Assembly (NCBI GenBank): GCA_963748825.1
Contig: CAVVKN010000013.1
Coordinates: 1 to 64,000 of the forward strand
Length of the DNA stretch: 64,000 nt
DNA from: Methanotrichaceae archaeon
Lineage (GTDB): Archaea > Halobacteriota > Methanosarcinia > Methanotrichales > Methanotrichaceae
Reading direction: 5' to 3'
Both the position numbers and the translations under genes were made by a program. Shown piece by piece: positions 51,730 to 60,715 of this stretch. How positions within the stretch are numbered: position 1 is the first letter of the stretch; the number at the start of each line of letters is the position of its first letter. The notes beneath the pieces are model-generated. The model made no database searches. It was not told where the DNA came from and worked only from the letters and a program-made list of their open reading frames with translations.

Positions 51730-52119
51730 CTATTCTACATTGATGGCGGCCACATTTTCAGCTCTTTTTTCTCTATGGCCTATTATTCTCTCCATAAAGA
51801 CCTGAGCGATGTCGGATAACGATTCACCCGGCGGCAACAAGGGAACAACCTTCACGCCCTCCGGCCCAGAGATACCTTTGAAGACGATCACCACAGCGAC
51901 AGGAAAGACTCCCACTCCCCCGCCAGTTCCGTACCTCTCCCGAACTTCTTTGCTTACATCCGGGCCTGTTCGGCCTATTTTGGTGCCAAAGCCCAGGCCC
52001 ATCTTTGTGATAGGAATGATGATCTTGTCCTCCAACTCAATCGGCTCACCGATTAACTGGGCCGAGAGAGCCTCGAATAGTTCATCAAGAGTGGCTTTTT
52101 TGGCATCAACGCCGGGCAT
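51730..52119 (-). CDS. GerW/YtfJ family protein
   Basis: IGEPI...IIIPITKMGLGFG...GGGVGV.PVAVVI. Confidence 0.85.
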   Translation of the reverse strand: MPGVDAKKATLDELFEALSAQLIGEPIELEDKIIIPITKMGLGFGTKIGRTGPDVSKEVRERYGTGGGVGVFPVAVVIVFKGISGPEGVKVVPLLPPGESLSDIAQVFMERIIGHREKRAENVAAINVE

Positions 52120-52137
52120 CTATATCTCCTTTAATAA

Positions 52138-54978
52138 CTATATTTCCTGTATATTTACATCTTTCTGCCTGGAAAATGAGGCATTTTCAATTATCCCTGA
52201 AACGTCCGCCGTATCTCTGGACACTGCCCAGGCCCAGGTTCCAAAGCCGCCATGAGCATTCACTGCTCTTACCCACTCATCCAGGAATCTGCGCTTGGTC
52301 TTATCCACCTGAGCGTCTATTCCCTTAACCTCCAGAACCAGATGTACACCGTTATTCAAACGAATGATATAGTCCGGCCAGTATTTCTTTATCAATCCCT
52401 GGAAGATGTATGAGATCTCAAAGCCCAGATGGTCGTTCTTAACCCAGGCCTCTACTTTGGGATTTTGGTCCAGCTCAAAAGATTCCGAGGCCTCCCAGGT
52501 ACTATCATAGACACAGAAGTTGATATGCGATTTTTTGGCGGGCTCATTGGGTCTGCCCGTGTACCAGGTTCGCATGTCCCCAGTAGAGCGAATCGGCCGG
52601 TCCACATCAAATACGGGGACTATGGATTCGGAATTATGGAAGCGTATGCTCTCCCAAATGTGCTGGACAACCTTATTCATGTTCAAGGTTATTATTATTC
52701 TCCTCTTTACATCGTCTTGGTAAGCTAGAACCGGATGTATCTGGATCTTATCGGAAGCAATGAAATCCTCGACAATTCTGATGAGATGGGAAAGAAGAAC
52801 CTCTTTATTTGCCTTCCAGCCCGGTTTCATTTGATCGAAGATTTCGCTCGCCGTCTCAAAAATAATCCTTTGCATCCTGAACTTTCGACCCAGCTCTTCC
52901 AGATCGATCTGTGTGAGGTCTGTAATGTCGGGCTTTCCGTCCAGGATCTTGGCCATCTCGGCTCTGGTCAGAGTCTCGTTGGCCTGGATCTCAAGAGGCG
53001 TGACCTCTTTTAGGTCCAGTATCAGTTCGGGGCGGTAAGCATGATCGATGCGGATGATATTGGGCCACCGGATCTCAAACCGTTCCTTCTTCTGATCCGG
53101 CTCAATTCTGGTCTTGGGAGAAGGCGGCTGGGGTATGGTCTCTTCTGTGGACTCATGAGGCAGGAATGTGAAAGGAACGCCGAAGATGTTGACATACTCC
53201 GGGTCGAAGAGGCCGCTTTCGGGATTTATCTCGTAGGAGGTTCGGCGCAGGCCCCGGCCCACCACCTGTTCGCAGAGCAGTTGACTGGAGAAGGCGCGTA
53301 GCCCCATAATGTGGGTCACGGTCTTGACATCCCAGCCTTCGGAGAGCATGCCCACCGAGATCACATTTTGAATCTTCTCGCCCGGCTTTCCCTCCTTTCC
53401 CACAGTATCGACAACCTGGCGGAGATATTCGGCTGCATCCTGTTTTGATCTTGGTGATTTTCCGGCGTGCCGACTATCCGCTCCCTCTTCATTGCCATCC
53501 TCTCCACTGTAATCGACGGTGCTGGAGATCGCCGCCTCCTGAGATTCCGCCTCTTCCAGGACTTTGGAGTCGATATGCAGCGTTCTTTCCGGAGCATAAA
53601 GCTCATCGATATGGATCTTCTTGTGATCGAAGGCGTACTTTATCCGGGCGGCGGTTTCAGTACGATTGGCCACCGTGATCATAACGGGCCTCGTTAGTAT
53701 GCCTCGGGATTCCCACAGCTTGACCGCCTCCAGCCAGTCTTTGCCGAGAAGATAATAGCCATTCAATACCAGGTCGGGAAGAGGGTCGTGCTCGGCAGCC
53801 TTGCGGCTCAAATCGTCTCTGACATGCTCGTAGATGTGGTAGAGCTTGGAGCGGTAATCTTTGGCATCGGGAACTCCGTCATCCCGGACCACGACGCGAG
53901 GCGTCTTGACCAGGCCGGATTCAATGGCATCATTGAGGCCGAAGTCGCTAACGATCCAGGAAAAGAGGGCCTCTTCCGATGTCTTTTTGCCGGATGGGGC
54001 AAAGGGAGTGGCCGTGAAGTCATAGCAGGCCAGGATTCCCCGCGCCTGGTGAATCTTATCCAGGCCGCCCACCCATTTGGTCGCCTCCTCTATCTCCTCT
54101 TTCTTGAAGCCCTTGACCTTGGACTCGGAAGGCAGGCGCCAGGCGTGATGGGCTTCATCGTTTATCACTACTATGTTGCGAGCACCGGACATGTCGCCCA
54201 GCACTTCCCGGACATAGGCCTCATTGCTTTTTGGGCCGCGCTTGTCCACGCTGCGCCTCTTGGCGACCTTCTCCTCCGTCTCCCAGGCCAGTGCCTGCCA
54301 GTTTCTAACGAGAACTCTGGCCTGGCGCAGCTTGTCTTGCAGGCCCGGCGGCACGATGCCAAACTCCTCGTAGTAGTTGCCGGGAAGGGAGGGCGCGAGT
54401 ACCTGAAGGCGGCTTTTGACGGTAAGACCGGGGGAGACGACCAGGAAATTCTTGGAGAATCTGGCATCCTGGGGATAGGTGGCCTTGTTGATGGCCTGCC
54501 AGGCAATGAGCATGGCCATATCGATGGTCTTTCCCGAGCCGGTGGCCATCTTGCTGCACAGGCGCAGAAATAGGCCGCCGTCGCTGGGAATAGAGATGCC
54601 CACTCTCTCCGAGGCCGGGGCCTCCGCCAGCCAGATGAGCGTCTCCATGGCCTCTATCTGGCAGAAGAAAAACTTGAGCGGTCTTTGCTCAGGATCGCGC
54701 CAATGGTCCAGGAGGCGTTTGGTGATGCCGGTCACGCCCGGATATCCTGCCTGCCGCCAGATTTTGACGCGGGAGCGGATCTGGTTTATCATGGGAAGCT
54801 CGATGAAGATGCCCGGATCGTCAAAGGTGCGGGAGGCTTCGGAGGCTACGATGTAACCGGCGGAGCGGCGGCCTTCCTTGAGTGCAAAGGTGCGTGTCTC
54901 CCGGACGTAGGAGTAGTGCTGCCTGGGCTCTTCGTAGGGCGAGGTGATGATCAGCTTCTCGATTGAATTTGATGTCAT
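52138..54978 (-). CDS. res: Type III restriction endonuclease/helicase subunit
   Basis: FFCQIEA, MATGSGKT, NDEAHH, LSEGWD, QVVGRGLR, C-terminal PDYI...LEVKG nuclease. Confidence 0.92.
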   Translation of the reverse strand: MTSNSIEKLIITSPYEEPRQHYSYVRETRTFALKEGRRSAGYIVASEASRTFDDPGIFIELPMINQIRSRVKIWRQAGYPGVTGITKRLLDHWRDPEQRPLKFFFCQIEAMETLIWLAEAPASERVGISIPSDGGLFLRLCSKMATGSGKTIDMAMLIAWQAINKATYPQDARFSKNFLVVSPGLTVKSRLQVLAPSLPGNYYEEFGIVPPGLQDKLRQARVLVRNWQALAWETEEKVAKRRSVDKRGPKSNEAYVREVLGDMSGARNIVVINDEAHHAWRLPSESKVKGFKKEEIEEATKWVGGLDKIHQARGILACYDFTATPFAPSGKKTSEEALFSWIVSDFGLNDAIESGLVKTPRVVVRDDGVPDAKDYRSKLYHIYEHVRDDLSRKAAEHDPLPDLVLNGYYLLGKDWLEAVKLWESRGILTRPVMITVANRTETAARIKYAFDHKKIHIDELYAPERTLHIDSKVLEEAESQEAAISSTVDYSGEDGNEEGADSRHAGKSPRSKQDAAEYLRQVVDTVGKEGKPGEKIQNVISVGMLSEGWDVKTVTHIMGLRAFSSQLLCEQVVGRGLRRTSYEINPESGLFDPEYVNIFGVPFTFLPHESTEETIPQPPSPKTRIEPDQKKERFEIRWPNIIRIDHAYRPELILDLKEVTPLEIQANETLTRAEMAKILDGKPDITDLTQIDLEELGRKFRMQRIIFETASEIFDQMKPGWKANKEVLLSHLIRIVEDFIASDKIQIHPVLAYQDDVKRRIIITLNMNKVVQHIWESIRFHNSESIVPVFDVDRPIRSTGDMRTWYTGRPNEPAKKSHINFCVYDSTWEASESFELDQNPKVEAWVKNDHLGFEISYIFQGLIKKYWPDYIIRLNNGVHLVLEVKGIDAQVDKTKRRFLDEWVRAVNAHGGFGTWAWAVSRDTADVSGIIENASFSRQKDVNIQEI

Positions 54979-56189
54979 TTGGCCCTCCGCATTTTATCGG
55001 TAAAATCGAGGTTTAAGCCCATGAATTCGGAAAGTCCTTCCATCAAATCCAAAGAACCGGCATATTCCATAACTACCTCATCGGCACTCATGCCGGACTC
55101 CATGTCATCTACCATTGCGGGAATTGATGAAGCAGAAACGGCTAAGGTTCCTTCTTTGTAGCTGCCCGCCGCCAGTAAGATGATCTCTTTGGCCGTGATT
55201 GGAGTGATTTTGTATTTCAAGAATTCAGAGCTATGAGTGCTCATGATGAGCTGTTTTTTCCTTCCCAAGGCAGATCCAATATAAAGTATGTAGCACATTT
55301 GATGGATGGTCTCGGGGTTGAGGCAGGCTTCCGGATTTTCCAGTAACAGAAGCGGGTCGTCTTCCAAAGACGTCCAGAGAATCGCAAAGGCGGCCAGGGT
55401 TCCGTCTGATATCTGGTCCATATTAAATTTAGCTCTGGGCCTGCCGATGTCAAAAGTGCCCTCCAGATCCGGCCGGACCGACTTGCTGGGGGAGAAACGA
55501 AGCTTGGGCATTTGGGGCATGGCCATCTTCAGAGTGTCTTCTATTACCCGGATTTTGTTTTCCCTCTTATCCTCCGGCATCTCGGCCACTCTCTGCAGAA
55601 TCTTTCTGCCGAAGGGATCGCCTGGGATATCGGCGGGTGGGAAAGGAAACTGGTGGCGCAGGAGCATGGGATTGAAGTTGAGGTAACTGATTGATCTCAA
55701 AAAGCATGTGATTTCTTTGAGATCGATTCTATCGGAGCTAATGCCGGAAAGGACCGTTTCGAGTCGAGTCTGGGCCAAAAAGTCTGAATTATCAACATCT
55801 TTCCTGTCCGGACGGTCCAGAATCAGCTCTCCACTCTTTCTAACGCGCTCATAGGCCAGTAGAGGTGATCCGGACGGCCCGGAGGTGATGCCCAGAGAGT
55901 AGCGATAGTAGGTTCCAATTAATAGCGAGTCTGCCAGGTGGATCTCCAGCTCCACAAGCTCCTTCTTTTTGGCGGCGGCAAACTTGATTTTTTCCAGGCC
56001 ACCCCGAGCATGCAGCGCAAAAGAGAGCCCACCATCGGGCCGGGCGATATCGCAAAGGAAGCGAAGCGCATCCAGGAGATTGGACTTACCGATGCCGTTC
56101 GGACCCATTATGAAGGTGCGAGCACTGAGGGGAACGTCAACCGATTTAAAATTCTTCCAGTTCTTTAAAATCAATCGAGAGATCATCAT
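54975..56189 (-). CDS. ABC/SMC-type AAA_21 ATPase, paralogue 2 (degenerate Walker B)
   Basis: GPNGIGKS, ISDGT, LLLLENPE, STHS; ATGA overlaps at both ends. Confidence 0.88.
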   Translation of the reverse strand: MMISRLILKNWKNFKSVDVPLSARTFIMGPNGIGKSNLLDALRFLCDIARPDGGLSFALHARGGLEKIKFAAAKKKELVELEIHLADSLLIGTYYRYSLGITSGPSGSPLLAYERVRKSGELILDRPDRKDVDNSDFLAQTRLETVLSGISSDRIDLKEITCFLRSISYLNFNPMLLRHQFPFPPADIPGDPFGRKILQRVAEMPEDKRENKIRVIEDTLKMAMPQMPKLRFSPSKSVRPDLEGTFDIGRPRAKFNMDQISDGTLAAFAILWTSLEDDPLLLLENPEACLNPETIHQMCYILYIGSALGRKKQLIMSTHSSEFLKYKITPITAKEIILLAAGSYKEGTLAVSASSIPAMVDDMESGMSADEVVMEYAGSLDLMEGLSEFMGLNLDFTDKMRRAK

Positions 56190-56761
56190 GGCAATCTTTC
56201 TCCGCTTGGGTTTTCATCTTCTATCCGTGCTTCGTTCTGCCAGACGGACTGAAAGCTTTCTATGGCTTTGACAGCACGCATCAGGCTGGGAGAGCTGCTT
56301 TTGGCAAGCAGAGGGTCCCATTGATCCTGGACGAACTCGCAAAGACGCTTGTTGTAGGCAGGTCCGACCTTCGCCGTGCTTCCCGGCTTTGGCACGAGAT
56401 TCATGCGAATGGTCCTTTTTCGAGAGGCTCTGGCCAGATTAACCAAAAGCTGTTTGGGATCGGGGATTGTGTCCGGCTGCGCAGGAAAACTCTCTCGCCC
56501 AATGCCCAAAAAATCAGCCATATTCTCTTGATCGGCCAGTATCCACGATTCAACTTCACAGACAGCGATTCGAAAGATGAGATTGGGGCTGGCAGGGACC
56601 GGTAGCCATTCTCTGAGCTTCAGGGGTGCGCACTCGTCAGTGTCCAGGTCAGTGAGGATGAGGTAAGGCATGCCTCTCGCTGCTTGATTGAAGCCCTTTA
56701 TTCGCTTTTTGAGAAAGCCTGCGCCGTGACCGTGAAAGCGATCGCCTATTTGATATCTCAT
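56186..56761 (-). CDS. DUF4276-like (TOPRIM/OLD-related) protein
   Basis: LTDLDTDECAP, RIAVCEVESWILAD, PDTIPDPK, SPSL; ATG at 56761, 1 nt after the upstream stop. Confidence 0.75.
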   Translation of the reverse strand: MRYQIGDRFHGHGAGFLKKRIKGFNQAARGMPYLILTDLDTDECAPLKLREWLPVPASPNLIFRIAVCEVESWILADQENMADFLGIGRESFPAQPDTIPDPKQLLVNLARASRKRTIRMNLVPKPGSTAKVGPAYNKRLCEFVQDQWDPLLAKSSSPSLMRAVKAIESFQSVWQNEARIEDENPSGERLP

Positions 56762-56762
56762 C

Positions 56763-57911
56763 TCAAAGCTTCCATTGGGCAAGCGTTCTCTCCACTCTGG
56801 GAAGTACCGCTTCCCCTGCGCTAAATCCCGCTTCGAGGAGATCTCTTGTCTCCGGGATAGATGAGGCGGGACGAACCTTTGTCCCCTCAGGGCCCGGCTC
56901 AAGGACCAGGACCTCTTCGCCACCTATTCCCAAATCACTCAGCAGATCAAAGCTATGCGTGCTGATGATCACCTGTCGCATCTGTTTTCTGTGGCTTTGC
57001 ACGCTGTGAATCTCGGCTGCCAGCCTGCGCACTACTCTCGCCGGCAGGGAGATCTCCGGCTCTTCCAGAAGCAAAAGAGTGGTGGCGTCATCGAGCAGAG
57101 ACCAGAAGAGAGCTATCAGGCGCAGTGTGCCTTCGGAAAACTGATCTTCCCGTTGCTTTCTTGAGCCGGAAAGCCAGTGACTGAAGCGCGTTTCCAGGTG
57201 AGGGGTTCTTGAGGCGTCGTCCCAGATCAGGGTAAGATCTTCCAGTTGAGGAACTGCTGCCTGAAGTGCAGCCTGTATCTTATTCAAGCGGACGGCACGA
57301 ACCTTCGGGGAGGTATTTTCTATTCTCTCCAGGAGCTTTCTGCCGAATGGATCGTCTTGAGTTTCAGGCCCAGCAAATGTGGCCGGTTTTTGCAGGAGCT
57401 GGGGGACGAAGCTATGATATTGCAGAGACTGCACAAATGCGGCGACCTCTCTGAACTGCTGATGAGATGTCTTGCTTTCCAGATAGGTCTGCTCCAGGCG
57501 TTCGGGGTATTTTGCATCTTCTTCGTCCGGTCTGCTTAATATCTGCTTTTCTCCCTCCCAGACTCTCTCATAAATCAGATGGGGCGGACGGGAGTTTTCA
57601 TTTTCCTCGATTCCCAGGGAGTAGATCCATCTCGGCCTTTGACCTTGCTCATCAGATAGGAATATCTGGATCTCGACGAGGGCATTTTTCTTGGCGGAGA
57701 GGCTGCGAATCTGAGAAAGGCCGCCCCGGTCCTGGATGGCTTCCTGCAGCCCGCCTCGCATTCCGGCGATGCCATGCAAGAAGAGAAGAGCATCCATTAA
57801 ATTGGACTTTCCCGAGGCGTTGGGGCCCACCAGAAAGACGCGCGGTCCCAGGGTGACATCCACCGAGGAGAAGTTCTTCCAGTTCTTCAAAATCAGGCGG
57901 GAGACGATCAT
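56763..57911 (-). CDS. ABC/SMC-type AAA_21 ATPase, paralogue 1
   Basis: LKNWKNF, GPNASGKS, FSEGTLR, LLLLEEPE, STHS. Confidence 0.9.
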   Translation of the reverse strand: MIVSRLILKNWKNFSSVDVTLGPRVFLVGPNASGKSNLMDALLFLHGIAGMRGGLQEAIQDRGGLSQIRSLSAKKNALVEIQIFLSDEQGQRPRWIYSLGIEENENSRPPHLIYERVWEGEKQILSRPDEEDAKYPERLEQTYLESKTSHQQFREVAAFVQSLQYHSFVPQLLQKPATFAGPETQDDPFGRKLLERIENTSPKVRAVRLNKIQAALQAAVPQLEDLTLIWDDASRTPHLETRFSHWLSGSRKQREDQFSEGTLRLIALFWSLLDDATTLLLLEEPEISLPARVVRRLAAEIHSVQSHRKQMRQVIISTHSFDLLSDLGIGGEEVLVLEPGPEGTKVRPASSIPETRDLLEAGFSAGEAVLPRVERTLAQWKL

Positions 57912-57912
57912 C

Positions 57913-60489
57913 TCACTTTACCTCCATAATCCTCAGGCTCTCTATGCCCCGGTCGTCAATGATCTTCACTGCCACCCGCTCATGGGGGCCGGGCTGGAAG
58001 GGCAGGGAGAGCGTGCCCCGGTAGGCCTCCATCAGCTCTTCGTCTACCTCTGCCTTCAGGTTCTTGGCCAGGCGCGACCAGCCGTCCTTGGCTCCCGAAA
58101 GCGGGAAGAAGACCTGGCGGGGATAGAGGCTTCTGCCGTCGTAGTCGGTGTCCAGCATCCACATGGCGATATTCTCTGTGCCGCCGGATTCGACTGTGCC
58201 GGAGCGCGGATCGTAGTAGTCGAAGCCCTGCACCTCTACCTGGTACTTGTCCCGGTCTTTTCCCTCTTTGACCCTGAAAAGCCGCACATCCGGCTGGCCG
58301 ATCAGCCAGAAGCTCTCGTTGCTGGCTCTCTTCTTCTTGAGGTCCTCGGTGAACAAATCGGCATTCATCTGCACCTTGAGCAAGGTCAGGCCGGGCCAGT
58401 TGGTCTCGTCGATATCTTTGGCCGCTTCGGGATCGAACTGGAATGCGGCAAATACTATTATCTTGGGCCGGGGCACCAGGAAGTGGGACTCCTCGATGGC
58501 CCGCTCCACCTGGCGCTGCTCCAAAGGCGCGTGCTCCGGCCCGAAGCTAACTGCCGCCCGCTGCGCTTCGCCCTTTGTCTCGGCATCGGCATGCAGCCAG
58601 CGGGTGCCCGGCAGGGGCTCGACGCGGGAGAACTCGATTCTCTGCCCGGCCCGGCCCCGGATGCCGGTACGCAAAAGCTCATCGCGCCACTCCTGCTGGC
58701 GCAGCGTCTCGCCGGAACGAGAGATGGAACCATCCGCCGCCTGCTGGGCTGTAGCCCCTAGCTCCTGGAGGGGCTTGACCGTGGGAGCCGGCACCGCCTC
58801 CACTGTGAAGGGGCCGGAGACGCGCGCCTTGCTTTTGTCCAGGTGGGGCTGGTCGTAGAGCGTCTCCTGATCGGCATATTTGGATATGGCCGCATCGATC
58901 TCTTTGCGGCTCATGCCCTCCTTAATCTCGGGATTGTTGGCGATAGACTTGAGGGTGACATGGGGAACGGTCTTGTAGACAAAGCCGCTGCCCACGCCCT
59001 CCTCCGGGTGGGCCAGCTCGTAGTAATCGAAAAGCGCAGTCATGAGTCGCTGCTTGGCCAGAGCGATGGCCACGCGAGAGGTGTCGCAGGTGATCCAGCG
59101 ACGGCCCCATTGCTCGGCCACAAAGGCGGTGGTTCCAGAGCCGCAGGTGGGATCGAGAACCAGGTCGCCGGGGTCGGTGGTCATGAGGAGACAGCGTTGA
59201 ACAACCCGTGGTGCTGTTTGGACAACAAAAACTTGCTCTTCTGTAAAGCTTCCCGTGCCCAATCCTGTCCAAGTATTATTTAAAAGAGAGAATGAAAAAT
59301 CGTCAAGATATCGAATGTATCGCAAGCTATTGGTAGTTGATGTCATTCGTCTGGCAGCAGTGAGACGATTCATTCCATCAATCGTAGTCTTCCAATGCGA
59401 ATTCGGTGGACATTTGTAGACCTTGCCATTAAAAATATAATCAAGAGATCCGCCTTCGGAATATCCGCTAGATGTCATGCTTGTAGGCTGGTAAAGCATT
59501 GAGCCTTTGGGCATTAGAGAACGATTTCGTTTTTCTTCGGCTCTTAAAGATCTCTTCGTCCCATCTTCTAGCTGTATCCAAGAATAAGACTCAGCAATAC
59601 CCATTTCTTTTTTGCTCAAAAGAAGTGGTCTAAATTTTTGCATTTTTTTATTCTTTGCATAGAATAGTAGATAATCGCATACATTTGCTAAAATATCAGC
59701 AGAAAGACTTCCTGTCTTTGTAAAGGAGATCAACGAACAAAAATTATCTTTTCCAAAAACTTCATCCATAATTTCTCGCACATGATGCACATTCTCATCG
59801 CTGATCTGCACAAAAATTGATCCATTCTCGCTCAGCAGCTCTCGCGCCAGCAGCATCCGATCCCGCAGGTAAGAGAGGTAGGAGTGAATGCCCAGCTCCC
59901 AGGTGTCCCGGAAGGCCTTGATGGTCTCCGGCTCCTGGGTGAGATCCTCATCCTTGCCGTCCTTGACATCCCTCTTGTTGACAAAGGGCTGGAAGTTGCT
60001 TCCATACCTAATGCCATAGGGCGGATCGATGTAGATCATCTGCACCTGGCCCGCCAGGCCCTCCTTCTCCAGGAGCGAGTTCATGACCAGCAGAGAGTCG
60101 CCGGCCACCAGCCGGTTGGACCAGCCGTGTCGGTGCTTGTAGAACTCGATCGCCTCTCGCACGGGCAGATTCTCGCCGGAAAACTCGAAGAGCGAGGCCT
60201 GCTTGGCGGCCAGGCCGCTCTTACGTCGCACGGCGGCGATGATGGTGCGAGGATCGATCCGCTCATGCACGTGCAGGGAGACGGTGGGAACCAAAAAGGA
60301 GGTATGCTCCGCCTTTCCGGCCCAGACAAGCTGGGGATCGAGATGCGGATCGTGGGAGTAGCTGCGGCTGCCCTCCTCCCGGTCGGTTTCGGGCGTGACC
60401 AGGCCCACGGGCGGGTTGTTGAGCCGCTGCTTGTCTTTATGCTCGTAGGTCTCGATGGGCTTTTTGTACGGCTTATGGGCGCTGGTCAT
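57913..60489 (-). CDS. mod: Type III R-M DNA methyltransferase (beta class)
   Basis: YIDPPYG catalytic motif, central TRD, LDPTCGSGTT SAM-binding motif. Confidence 0.93.
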   Translation of the reverse strand: MTSAHKPYKKPIETYEHKDKQRLNNPPVGLVTPETDREEGSRSYSHDPHLDPQLVWAGKAEHTSFLVPTVSLHVHERIDPRTIIAAVRRKSGLAAKQASLFEFSGENLPVREAIEFYKHRHGWSNRLVAGDSLLVMNSLLEKEGLAGQVQMIYIDPPYGIRYGSNFQPFVNKRDVKDGKDEDLTQEPETIKAFRDTWELGIHSYLSYLRDRMLLARELLSENGSIFVQISDENVHHVREIMDEVFGKDNFCSLISFTKTGSLSADILANVCDYLLFYAKNKKMQKFRPLLLSKKEMGIAESYSWIQLEDGTKRSLRAEEKRNRSLMPKGSMLYQPTSMTSSGYSEGGSLDYIFNGKVYKCPPNSHWKTTIDGMNRLTAARRMTSTTNSLRYIRYLDDFSFSLLNNTWTGLGTGSFTEEQVFVVQTAPRVVQRCLLMTTDPGDLVLDPTCGSGTTAFVAEQWGRRWITCDTSRVAIALAKQRLMTALFDYYELAHPEEGVGSGFVYKTVPHVTLKSIANNPEIKEGMSRKEIDAAISKYADQETLYDQPHLDKSKARVSGPFTVEAVPAPTVKPLQELGATAQQAADGSISRSGETLRQQEWRDELLRTGIRGRAGQRIEFSRVEPLPGTRWLHADAETKGEAQRAAVSFGPEHAPLEQRQVERAIEESHFLVPRPKIIVFAAFQFDPEAAKDIDETNWPGLTLLKVQMNADLFTEDLKKKRASNESFWLIGQPDVRLFRVKEGKDRDKYQVEVQGFDYYDPRSGTVESGGTENIAMWMLDTDYDGRSLYPRQVFFPLSGAKDGWSRLAKNLKAEVDEELMEAYRGTLSLPFQPGPHERVAVKIIDDRGIESLRIMEVK

Positions 60490-60715
60490 TTCTGTTCGGG
60501 TCTCCCTCCCTCTTGCCTTGGATCGCAGGGGCGAAAAATGTTTCGGAAGGATTACGCATCTTTGTGGGCTTTGTGATCTTTGTGGTTTATATTCGCAGTG
60601 TGATAATTAAATCAGGGTCTACGAGATTAGAACCATAAAGAGAAAGCACAAAAAGAGCATTAAAAAATTATTAGCCTGCAAGTCCGCTCGACCTGCAGGT
60701 GTTTTCTTCTCTCTT

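Noticed and set aside
56762-56923. Extended N-terminus of the DUF4276-like ORF (245-aa version)
   Set aside because: Overlaps ATPase-1 by about 160 nt and is not protein-like; the ATG at 56761 fits translational coupling.
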